Of a stretch of DNA of 64,000 nucleotides, positions 1 through 16,558 are shown one piece after another. The position numbers and the translations under genes were made by a program. The notes beneath the pieces were generated by a model that was not told the DNA's origin, searched no databases, and saw only the letters and a list, made by a program, of their open reading frames with translations. The stretch lies in contig OZ024741.1 in the NCBI GenBank assembly GCA_964016885.1, forward strand, positions 160,456,001 through 160,520,000, in the 5' to 3' direction. Origin of the DNA: Eledone cirrhosa (lineage: Eukaryota). The stretch's first letter is position 1, and each line of letters starts with the position of its first letter.

Positions 1-1116
1 ACAACAGATGGAGCAGCTGCAATGACTGGTAAAAATTCTGGTTTGATTGCAAAAATTAAAGAATAGACCCCAAATTGTATTTCAAATCATTGTAGGATTC
101 ATTGAGAGGTTTTGTGTTCAAAAAAATTCAAAGACAGAGATGCTCAAATATTAAATGACCAGCTGAAAGACATTGTCAAAATTATCAATTTGATCCATGC
201 AAGAGCAAAAAATTCTAGAATGTTTGAATCTATTTGTGAATCTTCTGGAAGTAATTATAATAGATTGTTATTGAACAATGATGTGCGTTGGCTGTCTTTT
301 GGGGATGCTATGAAGAGAGTTTTTGAACTGAGAGAAGAAATAATAGTTTTCCTAAAAAAACAGAATGATGAAAGAGCAAGTGTATTAGAAACCAATGAAT
401 GGAATGTGCAACTCGCTTATTTAGTAGACATTTTTGGTGAACTGAACAAACTAAATAAGTGTCTTCAGGGTAACAATGCAGATATTTTTACTTCAATCAA
501 TTTTATTACATATTTTCAATCAAAATTAAACATCTTTATAAAAAGAATTGAATCGGACAATTACTCATTACTTTCAAACCTTGAAATAGAGCTTAAAAAG
601 AGAGAAGATCTTTACTCCAGCAATCTAAAGAAGATTATTCTTTCTCATTTAAATGTGCTTTCCACAAGTTTTTCAGATTATTTTGACTTGATGGAAAAAG
701 ATATTGTTAGCGGAAATTTATGGATAAAAAACCCGTTCACCGAAATCGAGCAGTTAATGTCAGAAAATGACGCTGGAAATTGTAAAAATTTACTACCTGC
801 ACAATGCTTACATCAGTTGATGGATTTGAATTCAAACGAAGACCTGAAAGTGATATTCGAAAGCAGAAAGAAAGAACTATGGATCGACTTATTCTTGATT
901 GGGTAGTTTAATGAAATCAGCCAACTTGCATTGAAGTATTTGACTTTATTCCCATCTAGCTACTTGTGCGAAGGGTTTTCGCAGTTGGTAGAAATCTGCA
1001 CAAAGAAGATGAATAAACTGTCAGCAATTGACGAGTGTATGAGACTGGCATTAACTAGTGTTGAACCTCGATTTTCTAAACTCACTGATGAGGCGCAGCA
1101 GCAGAAAAGCCACTAG
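1..1116 (+). pseudogene. hAT (Buster/Charlie, ZBED5/FAM200-like) transposase, C-terminal part, inactivated
   Basis: Frame +1 reads TTDGAAAMTG, NHCRIH (CxxH), VRWLS, LAYLVDIF..LNKLN..LQG and FPSSYLCE-GFS (dimerisation domain). In-frame stops at 64-66, 103-105 and 904-906. Confidence 0.9.
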
Positions 1117-1254
1117 TTAATTGTGTTCGATTACATACACACGCACGAAACACTAAAATAAATAAATACTTCATTATTTTTTTTTTGAAAAGTTTTGTAT
1201 TGTATAGGTTCCGTGAAGAATTCAAAATATTTAGAGGGTTCCTCGGTTTTAGAA

Positions 1255-1270
1255 AGGTTGGCGACCACTG
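1255..1270 (-). mobile_element. Right terminal inverted repeat of the hAT element (CAGTGGTCGCCAACCT)
   Basis: Matches the Buster/Charlie CAGTGGTnnCCAACCT TIR pattern. The next 8 bp, TGGTATGG, fit the Buster NNNTANNN target consensus. Confidence 0.8.
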
Positions 1271-2595
1271 TGGTATGGTGTAGTGTAGAATGGTATAGTA
1301 TGCCGTCGTGTGGTGTGGTGCGGTGCAGTGTGGTGTTTGGTGTGGTGTGGTGTATGGTGTGGTGTGGTGCGGTGTGGTGTATGGTGTGGTGTGGTGCGGT
1401 GTGGTGTGGTGCGGTGTATGGTGTGGTGTATTATGCGGTGTGGTGTATGGTGTGGTGTGGTGCGGTGTGGTGTATGGTGTGGTGTGGTGTATGGTGTGGT
1501 GTGGTGTATGATGTGGTGTATGGTGTGGTGTATGGTATGGTGTATGGTGCGGTGTATGGTGTGGTGTGGTGCGGTGTGGTGTGTGGTGTGGTGTATGGTG
1601 TGGTATGGTGCGGTGTGGTGTATGGTGTGGTGCATTGTGTGGTGTGGTGCGGTGTGGTGTATGGTGTGGTGTGGTGTATGATGTGGTATGGTGTGGTGTG
1701 GTGTATGGTGTGGTGTATGGTTGGTGTGGTGTATGGTGTGGTGCGGTGTGGTGTAGTGTATGGTGTGGTGTATGGTGCGGTGTGGTGTACGGTGTGTTGT
1801 GGTGCGGTGTGGTGTATGGTGTGGTGTATGGTGTGGTGTGATGTGTGGTGTGGTGTATGATGTGGTGTAGGGTGTGCTGTGGTGTATGGTGTGGTGTGGT
1901 GTGGTGTATGGTGTGGTGTATGGTGTGGTGTATGGTGCGGTGTATGGTGTGGTGTGGTGGGATGTATGGTGCGGTGTGGTGTATGGTGTGGTGTATGGTT
2001 CGGTGTGGTGTATGGTGCGGTGTGGGGTATGATGTGGTGCGGTGTGGTGTATGGTGTGGTGTATGGTGTGGTGTTGTGGGATATATGGTGCGGTGTGGTG
2101 TATGGTGTGGTGCATGGTGCGGTGTGGTGTATGGTGCGGTGTATGGTGCGGTGTGGTGTATGGTGTGGTGTATGGTGCGGTGTGGTGTATGATGTGGTGC
2201 GGTGTGGTGTATGGTGTGGTGTATGGTGTGGTGTATGGTGCGGTGTAGTGTATGGTGTGGTGTATGGTGCGGTGTGGTGTATGGTGCGGTGTGGTGTAGG
2301 ATATGGTATATGGTGCGGTGTGGTGTATGGTGTGGTGTGGTGTATGGTGTGGTGTATGGTGTGGTGTGGTGTGGTGCGATGTAGTGTATGGTGTGGTGTA
2401 TTGTGTGGTATTGTGCGGTGTGGTGTATGGTACGGTGTATGGTGTGGTGTATGTTGTGTTGTGTTGTATGGTGTGGTGTGGTGTATGGTGTGGTGTGGTG
2501 TATGGAGTGGTGTGGTGTATGGTGTGGTTTGGTGCGGTGTGGTGTATGGTATGGTGTGGTGTGGTGCGGTATGATGATGTGTGGTGTATGGTGTA
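1271..2595. repeat. Degenerate pentanucleotide array (GGTGT/GTATG/GTGCG)n
   Basis: Directly visible 5-bp periodic G/T-rich array of about 1.3 kb. Confidence 0.95.
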
Positions 2596-2866
2596 CATTT
2601 GGAGTTGTAGATGAGATGGAGTAGTCAAAGGGTGTGAAGAAGAAGAAGAAGAAGAAGAAGAAAAGCTTGACTGTTGACTTTGAGCCAATCTAACAAATAT
2701 CCACCACTCTAGAACCAACTGCCAAGTACACTAAATGTAAGCCACGCCCACTGATACTGACAAGTAGCTGAACGCTACTATTACTATTACTAACCTCATA
2801 TGCTAGATCAAAACAGTATTTCGACCAATTCAGTCCAACATGCAGATCTTATATTTGTCTTTAGCT

Positions 2867-2906
2867 TGTCGTCTGACGAAGGCTTATCTATCCGAAATAC
2901 ATGACA
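2867..2906 (+). ncRNA. Minimal hammerhead-like motif (degenerate stem III)
   Basis: TGTCGT-CTGACGA-A-GG..CC-GAAA-TAC-ATGACA. Stem I pairs over 6 bp; stem III and the NUH triplet are not properly formed. Confidence 0.45.
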
Positions 2907-3008
2907 TCGGCAAACAAACATATACAGAAATGGGCATTAAGGCAGTTTACGTGCTTCCTTAAAATATGAGAAAATGCCATCCTGTCTTCATAATCATCTC
3001 TCTCTCTA

Positions 3009-5599
<2,591 letters not shown>

Positions 5600-5600
5600 A

Positions 5601-5810
<210 letters not shown>

Positions 5811-5833
5811 TATATAAATATATATATATATAA

Positions 5834-5876
<43 letters not shown>

Positions 5877-5889
5877 TATATATATATAA

Positions 5890-5932
<43 letters not shown>

Positions 5933-5945
5933 TATATATATATAA

Positions 5946-6170
<225 letters not shown>

Positions 6171-6171
6171 A

Positions 6172-6381
<210 letters not shown>

Positions 6382-6424
6382 CAAAATGTTAATAAATGAA
6401 AAATATTCTCATAATCAAAATATA

Positions 6425-6484
6425 TATTTTATTATACATATTTCAAAGGTGGTACAATGGTGTCCGTTTTCATCAGACAAAATA
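6425..6484 (-). ncRNA. Type I minimal hammerhead ribozyme
   Basis: Minus strand: TATTTTGT-CTGATGA-AAACGG..CCTTT-GAAA-TATGTA-TA-ATAAAATA. Stem I 8 bp, palindromic stem III. Confidence 0.7.
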
Positions 6485-6515
6485 TATGATTTGATATGTG
6501 ACATACCGCTACGGT

Positions 6516-6715
6516 NNNNNNNNNNNNNNNNNNNNNNNNNNNNNNNNNNNNNNNNNNNNNNNNNNNNNNNNNNNNNNNNNNNNNNNNNNNNNNNNNNNNN
6601 NNNNNNNNNNNNNNNNNNNNNNNNNNNNNNNNNNNNNNNNNNNNNNNNNNNNNNNNNNNNNNNNNNNNNNNNNNNNNNNNNNNNNNNNNNNNNNNNNNNN
6701 NNNNNNNNNNNNNNN
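6516..6715. other. Assembly gap (200 N)
   Basis: Run of N. Confidence 1.
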
Positions 6716-6730
6716 ATATATATATATTTA

Positions 6731-6771
<41 letters not shown>

Positions 6772-6922
6772 TTATATTTATATATATATATATTTATATA
6801 TATTTATATTTATATATATATATATTTATATTTATATATATATATTTATATTTATATATATATATATTTATATATATTTATATTTATATATATATATATT
6901 TATATTTATATATATTTATATT

Positions 6923-6982
<60 letters not shown>

Positions 6983-7047
6983 TATATATATATATTTATA
7001 TTTATATATATATATATTTATATATATATATTTATATATATATATAT

Positions 7048-7740
7048 ATATTTATTAAAATAACAGATTAAAGTTTAAGCAAAGAATCGCTGCTTTCACC
7101 CTTAACGGGATCTTCTGAAACTAACAAAGTCAATCTGTAAACGCAGAACTGGATATTTCAAAAAACGTTGCAACCGGAGGAAGACAGGAAGACGATACTT
7201 TGGTTCAAGGTGACGTTCGCTGGCAAAGACCGGGAAAAAACGAATAATACGTCATTAATAGGAGCGGTGAAAAACAATTACGCGCAAAGACAGAACCACG
7301 TTTATGGTATAAAAGAGGTCGTAGACTAATGTTCTCTAAGTGGTGCATAGAGACGTTCTCTGGCAATGAACGAAAAAATGAAGATAATAAGTCATATGTG
7401 GAGCGTGGAGAACAATAGCACGCAAAGACAAAACCACGTAAATGGTATAGCAGAAGTTGTAGACTAAAATTCTAACTAGGAGACCGAATGAATCTCCGCT
7501 ACAGAGTTAAGAACAAAGTAAATAAATACAATACTGAAGTAAACGTTTTTTGAAATATCCAGTACTGCGTTTACAGATTGACTTTGTTAGTTTCAGAAGA
7601 TCCCGTTAAGGGTGAAAGCAGCGATTCTTTGCTTAAACTTTAATCTGTTATTTTAATAAATATTTGCTCTTCGGTTCTTATATATTTGATATATATTTTC
7701 TTTATCGAGGATTTTAGTCTTCAATTTTATTATTATTACT
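7048..7740 (+). mobile_element. Fold-back PLE-like remnant: about 120-bp inverted arms, spacer with internal direct repeat, tail
   Basis: 7048-7169 is the reverse complement of 7542-7663. Tail at 7664-7740; flanked by (TA)n. The arm has CAGAAGA-TCCC-GTTAA-GGGT-GAAA (hammerhead-like, mutated core). Confidence 0.6.
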
Positions 7741-7753
7741 ATATATATATATT

Positions 7754-7785
<32 letters not shown>

Positions 7786-7793
7786 TATATATA

Positions 7794-7838
<45 letters not shown>

Positions 7839-7847
7839 ATTTATATT

Positions 7848-7878
<31 letters not shown>

Positions 7879-7977
7879 ATATTTATATATATATTCTCTT
7901 TTACTCTTTTACTCTTTTACCTGTTTCAGCCATCCGGCTGAGGCCATGCTGGGGCACCGCCCTTGTTGCTACACATT

Positions 7978-10900
7978 TTATCTCCAGCCTGTATAGGTTG
8001 GCCACTGGTGTAGGAGGGAGTTTGTTGCTGCTGCCCTTAGGTTTCCCTCGTGTCTTGCTGTGGGCTCATCCGGGATCCTGGATAACAAGGTGTCGAGATG
8101 TTTCTTAAAGACATCCACCTCCACGTCATGCAAGTCTCGCAGATGCCTCGGCAGCCTGTTGAAGAGTTGAGGGCCCTTGAAACCCAGGCTATTGCAATAC
8201 CTGCTCCTTATTCTAGATGTGGAAGACGGGACCTTTGGCACCACACAGTGACGTCCTGTTCGACGGTTGGTCCAGCTCCCAATGCCAAAGTTTGGTGCTA
8301 GTCCCTCCAGGATTTTCCACATGTAGATCACTGCGTATCTCTCCCGTCTTCGCTCCAAGGAGTAGAGGTTCAGTTCCTTCAGCCTCTCCCAGTAGCTTGT
8401 CTCCCTCATCTTGGCAATCCTCTTGGTGTAGCTTCGCTGGATTGCCTCAAGCTCTGTGGTTAGTTTGACACTATGGGGTGACCACAGCTGGGAGCAGTAG
8501 TCCAGGCGGCTTAGGACAAAAGTCCTCCACAGTGTCAACATGGTGTCTCGATCTCTTGTAAGGAAAGTCCTCAAGATCCAGCCAGCGAATCGTCTACATG
8601 CTGTCGCCACCTTCATGATGTGTGAAGAAAAAGATGCATCATCGCTCATGTCTATGCCCAGGTCTCGTATCGATTTTGACACGGGGATATCGGTCCCTCC
8701 TGGTCCTGTGTAGCTGTGTTCCGCTATATTTGTGTTTGTGTTTGCAGGTTTGTATTGTAGGGCTTGAAATTTGCCAGCATTAAACTGCATGTTGTTTTCT
8801 TCCGCCCATCTGTATATGGCATCCAGATCCTGCTGTAAGAGGGCAGCGTCAGCCGGGTTTTTGATTGCCTGTGCTACCTTAGTGTCATCAGCATAGCTAG
8901 TGAGGGATGTTGTTGCATGCACCACAGAGGGCATGTCCGAGAGAGCCACCAAAAACAGTAGTGGTCCCAGGACTGTCCCCTGAGGCACCCCACTTGTTAT
9001 CGGTGTTTCCCTCGAGAGGGCCCCATTTGCTGCGACTGCCTGGCTTCTGTCCCTCAGGAAGCCATGCAGCCACTCACCTACTTTTCCAGCTATGCCAAGT
9101 CCGTGTAGTTTGTGACATATCATTCCGTGGTCGACCTTGTCAAAGGCCTTCGCAAAGTCAAGATATATCACGTCTACATGTGAGCTGTCTAGTAGCTGTC
9201 TCAGTACCCAGTCGTAGTGATGTAGCAGCTGTGTAAGGCAGCTTCTTCCTGGGCGGAAGCCATGTTGCGTGCTAGTCAGGCGGTCATTTTCTTCGAGGAA
9301 AGTGATTAGTTTCTTTCTGATGACTCGCTCCATGACCTTACTGATATGCGACGTCAGGGAGACTGGCCTATAGTTCTTGGCCTCCGCTCTACTACCTCCT
9401 TTATGGATAGGGCATATTGTGCCTTCTTTCAGCTCCCTGGGTAGTACACCGCTAGCCAAGGAGCTTCTGAAGAGCATCTTCAGTGGAGTTGCTAAGGCCC
9501 GCTTACATATTTTTAGGAGAACTGCTGGGAATCCATCAGGTCCAGCAGCCGAGTCTGTTCTAATTTCATCAATGGCGTACACCACATCCTCCTCCGTTAT
9601 GTCTATGTGGTTGATGGTTGCCATTTCTTGATGTAGTGTTGTGGCATCAAAGAACTCCTCTGGCTTCGTTATTTGCATGTGCCTCAGTGGACATGTGAAG
9701 ACACTTTTGTACTGTTCGTTCAGTATTTCACATATCTCTTGGGGATTTTCGGTTAATGAACCGTCCGTGTGGAAGAGTGGTCCAATCTTGCAGTGTACTG
9801 AGGCAGTTTCTTTTGCAAATTTAAAGAAGGCCTTAGGGTTTGTTTTAATGTTTTCTATGGCCCTGTTCTCTTTCCTTGCCCTCTCATTCTCATGTGAAAG
9901 CTTGAGTGCAATCTCGGTGTCAAGTAGTGCACGTTTCAAATAGGATTCCTTCTTGTTTTGGTTTTGTTGACTATTCAACTGGTTTGAGAGTTTAGTTCTA
10001 CGTCTCATAAGGATTTTCCTATCTCTGGGAATAAGATTTTTGTGTCTGTTTGCCTCTTTCTCCGGGACACACTTTTTGCATATGGTGTGTATCGTTGTCA
10101 TGAAGTGTTGAAATTGTGTGTTAGTGTCTTGTGTGGCGATGTTTGCACTCCATGTTTGCTTCCGGATTTCACTCTTAATCTTCTTCCAGTCAGCCCCGTA
10201 GAAGTTAAGGCTGGATAGCGTCCCGGAGCTTCTTGGTGGTTTTGTCTCTGTTGGTTCTCTTGGACCACATATCATTAGCTCTACCAAGTTATGATCCGAG
10301 AGAATTGTTGGTGTCACTTTTACATTGTGGATGAGCACTTCGTTGTTTGTAAAACAGAGGTCCAGGACATTTTCGCCTCTTGTTGGGAGGAGTATTGCTT
10401 GCTCCATGAACAGCCTGTGTGTGAGGGCCAGCAGGGATTCCGTCTGTCTCTGTTCTATTGACGTCATTCCAGGGAGGAGGTGGCCCTCAGGCCATTTGAC
10501 CTTTGGTAGGTTGAAGTCTCCCAGCAGTAGGATGTTGAGACCCTGGTCCAGTTTGTCAAGGACCTCTTCTATCCTACTTAGGCTATCCTCAAATTTACCC
10601 TCATGACTGGGGGCATCGGGCGGCCGATATGTGACACATATTACCGTCTGTAGTTGCTTCATATGTATTATCAGTGTGTCACAGACTGAGTTTGAATGTG
10701 TCAACAGTACAATTGGTGTGACATCTTCACGGATATACAGAGCAACCCCACCATGAGTTCTCTCCTTCCTGTCCGAACGAAATACAGTATATTTCGGTAT
10801 ATGTATTTCTGCATCTGCTATACTGCTTGTCAGGTGCGTTTCGGTTAGTGCCATGCATAGTGCTTGATTGCTTATGGCTAAGTCTCCCAGGTAGGAAATT

Positions 10901-11019
10901 TTACTCATGTTGCTGAGTTTCACCAGGCCCCTGACATTCAGCAGCAGCACTGGTGTGACTTTTGGGGTGCCAGTAATGGCTGTCGGTATGACACCTGGTC
11001 TGGTGTCAGCGGCGGCCAC
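7978..11019 (-). CDS. LINE ORF2: apurinic endonuclease + reverse transcriptase (1013 aa, uninterrupted)
   Basis: APE motifs LNVRGL, LTETHL, YRPP, LGDFN, LDL, SDH. RT motifs [41 protein letters not shown]1-like C-terminus LYSLERRR. Confidence 0.95.
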   Translation of the reverse strand: MAAADTRPGVIPTAITGTPKVTPVLLLNVRGLVKLSNMSKISYLGDLAISNQALCMALTETHLTSSIADAEIHIPKYTVFRSDRKERTHGGVALYIREDVTPIVLLTHSNSVCDTLIIHMKQLQTVICVTYRPPDAPSHEGKFEDSLSRIEEVLDKLDQGLNILLLGDFNLPKVKWPEGHLLPGMTSIEQRQTESLLALTHRLFMEQAILLPTRGENVLDLCFTNNEVLIHNVKVTPTILSDHNLVELMICGPREPTETKPPRSSGTLSSLNFYGADWKKIKSEIRKQTWSANIATQDTNTQFQHFMTTIHTICKKCVPEKEANRHKNLIPRDRKILMRRRTKLSNQLNSQQNQNKKESYLKRALLDTEIALKLSHENERARKENRAIENIKTNPKAFFKFAKETASVHCKIGPLFHTDGSLTENPQEICEILNEQYKSVFTCPLRHMQITKPEEFFDATTLHQEMATINHIDITEEDVVYAIDEIRTDSAAGPDGFPAVLLKICKRALATPLKMLFRSSLASGVLPRELKEGTICPIHKGGSRAEAKNYRPVSLTSHISKVMERVIRKKLITFLEENDRLTSTQHGFRPGRSCLTQLLHHYDWVLRQLLDSSHVDVIYLDFAKAFDKVDHGMICHKLHGLGIAGKVGEWLHGFLRDRSQAVAANGALSRETPITSGVPQGTVLGPLLFLVALSDMPSVVHATTSLTSYADDTKVAQAIKNPADAALLQQDLDAIYRWAEENNMQFNAGKFQALQYKPANTNTNIAEHSYTGPGGTDIPVSKSIRDLGIDMSDDASFSSHIMKVATACRRFAGWILRTFLTRDRDTMLTLWRTFVLSRLDYCSQLWSPHSVKLTTELEAIQRSYTKRIAKMRETSYWERLKELNLYSLERRRERYAVIYMWKILEGLAPNFGIGSWTNRRTGRHCVVPKVPSSTSRIRSRYCNSLGFKGPQLFNRLPRHLRDLHDVEVDVFKKHLDTLLSRIPDEPTARHEGNLRAAATNSLLHQWPTYTGWR

Positions 11020-11900
11020 TCTGGGTCCCTTAACTGCGGTGGTCTCGAGTGCTGGTGTGGATGACCCTGGCTCTGGAGACGATGCAGCCAGGTCAGCTGT
11101 CCCACAATCTTCTCTGCCATCACTAAAAAATTTTTCTGATCTGCTGCTGCCATCTGTATCTCGTCGGCATGTGCGTGCCTTCTCCTTGTTGGTGCAGCAC
11201 GCGCGACATCAGCATACTTCTGGAGCGGCTTATTTCGGCTTTGGCTGGGGCATGTTGCGCGAGTATGATGGGCATAGTTCGTTTGAGACCTAGGGTGGGC
11301 GAATCTGCATCCCATCCCTGTCTCTCCATGCCAGCATGTCCCGTTCTTGAAAAACTTGCACATTACTTGGTGTTTTTTGCTCCCAGTGTCTCGGTGCTTT
11401 CTGTTCTTTCTTTGAACAGTTGTCCACTGGTCCCTCTGCGCTTGGTTCTCCTTCGGAAGGTGATTTCGCTTTTCACCTTTGCCCTTAGCTTGTTGGTTGC
11501 CCGGCCTGCCCTCCCTGCCTGTAGCGGAGGGTATATCATTTTCTTTCAGGTCCGTGCTTGTGCTCTCCTCCTTTTCTTTTTCCCTTTCCTTTTCCTCTTC
11601 CTTTTCCCTCTCCTTCTCCTCATCCCTCCCTTCGGTTTTCTCCTCCCTGAGGACACGGCTTAGCATCGCCATATGAGGCGCTATGAGGACATACGCCTTC
11701 TCAATTTCTTTTCTCTTTCTCTCTATCTGTACCAGGGTCCTCATAAACCCATGGCTCTTCAGGTTCTCCGCCATCTTTTTGCTTGGTGGAGACCCATCAG
11801 CCATAGTCCACCCCTTGATCAAAACCGCTAGTTCAATCTTCGACCAGTTTCGCTGACTCCTGATTTCACATTTTTCCCATTTTTCCTGCATGCAGTCCAT
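10938..11900 (-). CDS. LINE ORF1 with Myb/trihelix-like N-terminus and CCCH zinc finger
   Basis: Lies upstream of ORF2 and overlaps it. Contains WSKIELAVLI..MAENLKSHGFMRTLVQIERKRKEIEKAY and CKFFKNGTC-X8-CRFAH. Confidence 0.75.
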   Translation of the reverse strand: MDCMQEKWEKCEIRSQRNWSKIELAVLIKGWTMADGSPPSKKMAENLKSHGFMRTLVQIERKRKEIEKAYVLIAPHMAMLSRVLREEKTEGRDEEKEREKEEEKEREKEKEESTSTDLKENDIPSATGREGRPGNQQAKGKGEKRNHLPKENQAQRDQWTTVQRKNRKHRDTGSKKHQVMCKFFKNGTCWHGETGMGCRFAHPRSQTNYAHHTRATCPSQSRNKPLQKYADVARAAPTRRRHAHADEIQMAAADQKNFLVMAEKIVGQLTWLHRLQSQGHPHQHSRPPQLRDPEWPPLTPDQVSYRQPLLAPQKSHQCCC

Positions 11901-12803
11901 TTCGCTGTGGAGGGGAGAAAGAGGGACAGTGGGAGGTGTAGAGTAGAGGTTAGAGAGGGACAGAGTGAGGGAGGGAGATAGAGATATAACTCCAGTGAGA
12001 GAAAAAGAGAAACAGAAGAAAAGAAAAGAAAAGAAAAGGGGGAGACAGAAGAGGGGAGCGAGAGAGATAGAGGGGAGCGAGAGAGATAGCGGGAAGAGTG
12101 GGGGGGTCAGAGGGAGAGAGAGAAGATAGATAGAGAGAGAGAGAGAGAGAGAGCTCGTTGATCTAGAGAGAGGGAGAAAGAGAGCTCGTTGATCGAGAGA
12201 GAGAGAGGGGGAGAGAGAGAGGAAGGAGAGAGATAGAGACAGCGTGAGAGCGTGAGCAACTGCAGTTCATAAATATAAAAATAAATTTTTAAATCTAAAT
12301 TTAAATTAATGAATGGGAGAAACCGGAAACAGAGATATAGAAACACGATGTAAATGTCTGTTTACAAATATACGGAGTTATTGTAATATCAGCATATCAT
12401 ACAAGAAACAACGAAATCGGGTCAAATACAGATAAGATTATACAAAATCAAACAAGATTATATCAAATTAAATTATGTTACTCAGAAATATCAAAGTTAA
12501 TACAAAATTGCTTAAGCTAAACCAAAATGCTCTGTATGAAACAAAAATAGAAAGCACGTGTGTGTGTGTTGTCTCCCATGAATGAATCATACAGTGAAAA
12601 TAAACATGTTCAAAACGGTAATATATGTAAAATATACTTCAAAATAATTGCGACAAAGCACAAAAACTTATCTTTTTTGTATGTTTTCCTTGTCCTCTGA
12701 AGAATTAAAACCATACATAAATCCGATTACTGTCGATTTAAAATATTAAAATTTCAAAATCCGGAGAGACGACAATCCACATCTTATACCAACAAGTGCC
12801 AAG

Positions 12804-12841
<38 letters not shown>

Positions 12842-12844
12842 TAC

Positions 12845-12887
<43 letters not shown>

Positions 12888-12902
12888 TACATATATATAT
12901 AC

Positions 12903-12935
<33 letters not shown>

Positions 12936-12978
12936 ATTACATATATATATATATATATATACATTTATATATATATAC

Positions 12979-13009
<31 letters not shown>

Positions 13010-13020
13010 CATATATGTAG

Positions 13021-13071
<51 letters not shown>

Positions 13072-13089
13072 TGTATATATATATATGTG

Positions 13090-13171
<82 letters not shown>

Positions 13172-13193
13172 TACATATATATATATATATATG

Positions 13194-13237
<44 letters not shown>

Positions 13238-13240
13238 TAC

Positions 13241-13294
<54 letters not shown>

Positions 13295-13397
13295 ACACGT
13301 ATATATATATATGTATATATATATGTATATATATATGTTTATATATATGTATATATATATGTATATATGTATATATATATGTATATATGTATATATA

Positions 13398-13429
<32 letters not shown>

Positions 13430-13484
13430 CATAAATGTATATATATATATATAAATATATATATATATACATAAATGTATATAT

Positions 13485-13533
<49 letters not shown>

Positions 13534-13537
13534 AATG

Positions 13538-13601
<64 letters not shown>

Positions 13602-13644
13602 GGAATACTGTTGGCTTTTTGCTACAATGTTTTCTATACCTTTC

Positions 13645-13680
<36 letters not shown>

Positions 13681-13941
13681 CAAATGAACACACAGAAAAA
13701 GAAGCACCAAGGAAAGCTGAAAATACATAAGTGGCAGTGATAGGGGTGTTATAAACATTATAGTTATCATCATCATCAACAGCGTCAAGAGCAAAGTCAA
13801 CAACAAGTGTATTTGTTACGTCACAAAAGTGGCGTTGGTGGAGGTAGTGTAAACATTATACTTAACATCACCTCCATCCACCGCCTCCACCTCCTCATCA
13901 TATATATATACACACAGACATACATACGTATATTACCGTGC

Positions 13942-13991
<50 letters not shown>

Positions 13992-14411
13992 CAACGTGTG
14001 TATATGTGAGAGTGTGTGAGTGAGTGTGCCTGCGTGTTGTGTTATTTTTCTTTGTGTGAGTGTTATGTTATTTATGTGTGCGTACTGTATGCGAGTGTCA
14101 AGGTGTCTATAAGTGTGTGAGGGATTGGGTTTTTTTAGTGTGTGTAAGAGAAAGAAGGAGGGGGTAGAGAGAGGGAGAGAGACTGTCAACGTGTGTTTAT
14201 GTGTGTGTGTGAGTCTGTGTATGTATGAATGTTGCATGTAAGTGTAGTATGTGTGGGTGAATGTGTTTTAAAAGCATAATAGTTAATATCTAACAGTTAA
14301 GTTGTTAAATAAACAGCGCTATATTTCTGAAAGTTTGTTTAAACATTCAATGTTAAACGAATTCAAGCGCAGTTCAATGCATTCCTACATGTGTTCAAAC
14401 ATATCTATATA

Positions 14412-15012
<601 letters not shown>

Positions 15013-15024
15013 TATATATAATAT

Positions 15025-15074
<50 letters not shown>

Positions 15075-15528
15075 GATAAATCTACCAAAAGTTTACGGTA
15101 GTGTCCAATCCGTATGAAGAACTCAATGTAATCCGGATATCATGAAAAGAAGAGATGCATTAAAAAACTACTTTCGGTGAAAAATAAACGGAAAACAGAG
15201 TCAAGATAAATTATTAAAAAAATAATGAATAAACAAAGAAACAGTTCCTTATATTAAACAAAAAAAGTTCATTATTTTACGATCGTTTCTAGGACATATA
15301 TGTGTTAGAATTGGTATGCATATTCTATAGATCTATGTACAACATTATACAAACTATCAGAGGGAATATACATACCTTCACATATATATGCTGTCTTCAG
15401 AAATAATGATGCTTGTTTATTGATAAGTACAAAGATTCAATACAATAGGTCTGTTAGGGAACAGGTTTTGAATAGACAAATAAAACAGAGATTGAAATAT
15501 ATAAAAATCCATCAAGAAATATAGTTAG

Positions 15529-15576
<48 letters not shown>

Positions 15577-16212
15577 CAAAGGAATTGTGGATGGATGGAT
15601 GGGTGGAGGTCATTGGTTGAAAGAAAAGGGAATTCATTAAAAGCTAATTCTTTAAAGCTATAATTTATATTTAGAGTGACAAAGGCAGAAAGAATTCTAT
15701 AAACAAGTTCAAATTGGGGTGCCACTCTTTATTTTTAAGTATCTCTTAAGCCAACAATGCCTATATTTCAGGTGTCTATAAGATGGTTGGGGTCAGTCAT
15801 GGTTGATGGGTTTAAAGAAAAGGGAAATTCTTTAAAAGCTAATTCTTTAAAGCTCTACTTAGAGTGACAACGGCAGAGAGAATTCTATAAACAAGTTCAA
15901 ATATTAGAATTGTGTGCGATAAGAATTATCGCACGTGTCTTCGGAACCCAGCATGTCTCGAAATCCTATGCCGCTAAAAATAGCAGCCTGGTTAACAAGA
16001 CATTAAAATTAGCTCTACATGATGGAGCCGACAAATATATAGTGAGTTAGAAACTCAGAGTAGTCTCTTAAAACTAAATAGCTCTAAAAAAAAAGCTTTT
16101 TCCGAGCCGTGTAATAGAATTGTTTTCGAGACATGTTGGGTTCCGATATATTTCTTATCGCACACAATTCAGTCTTCTAATATTTTTAGAAGTGGAAGGA
16201 TCACTAATTTCT

Positions 16213-16296
16213 TAACAACTACTGAAGAGCAAAGAAAAGTGTGGACTTCACTTAATAAGATGTTGCGAAACAGTTTCCAAAACTGTCTAGTTGTTA
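16213..16296 (+). ncRNA. Canonical type I hammerhead ribozyme
   Basis: TAACAACTA-CTGAAGA-GCAA..TTGC-GAAA-CAGTTT-CCA-AAACTG-TC-TAGTTGTTA. Stem I 9 bp, G-C closed stem II, 7-bp stem III, GUC cleavage triplet (cut after 16287). Confidence 0.9.
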
Positions 16297-16473
16297 CCAG
16301 GCGATTGCCCAATATAGGTCTGTTATTTTTCTTAATTTACTAATTAAAATTAAGTCTGACAAACCATATTGCTGTAGTTAGTATTTTTTCACCCTAGCAA
16401 AACTAGTCCTTACGATTCGAACACATGTATGTTTATATTAGTATTCATCTCTCTTGTTTATTCAATTTTATAT

Positions 16474-16558
<85 letters not shown>

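Larger units (their letters stand above)
7894..12265 (-). mobile_element. CR1-group (APE-RT) LINE, probably near full length
   Basis: Two open ORFs and a short 3' UTR ending in a (GTAAAAGA)3 tail inside (TA)n. The 5' region is pyrimidine-rich and the 5' boundary is approximate. Confidence 0.85.

Noticed and set aside
1195-2718. Long ORFs rich in W/C/G/V or H/T/P
   Set aside because: Stop-free translations of a pentanucleotide array.
12690-12778. Hammerhead-like CTGAAGA...AAAATCCGGAGA
   Set aside because: GAAA and the cleavage triplet are mutated; at most a decayed relic.
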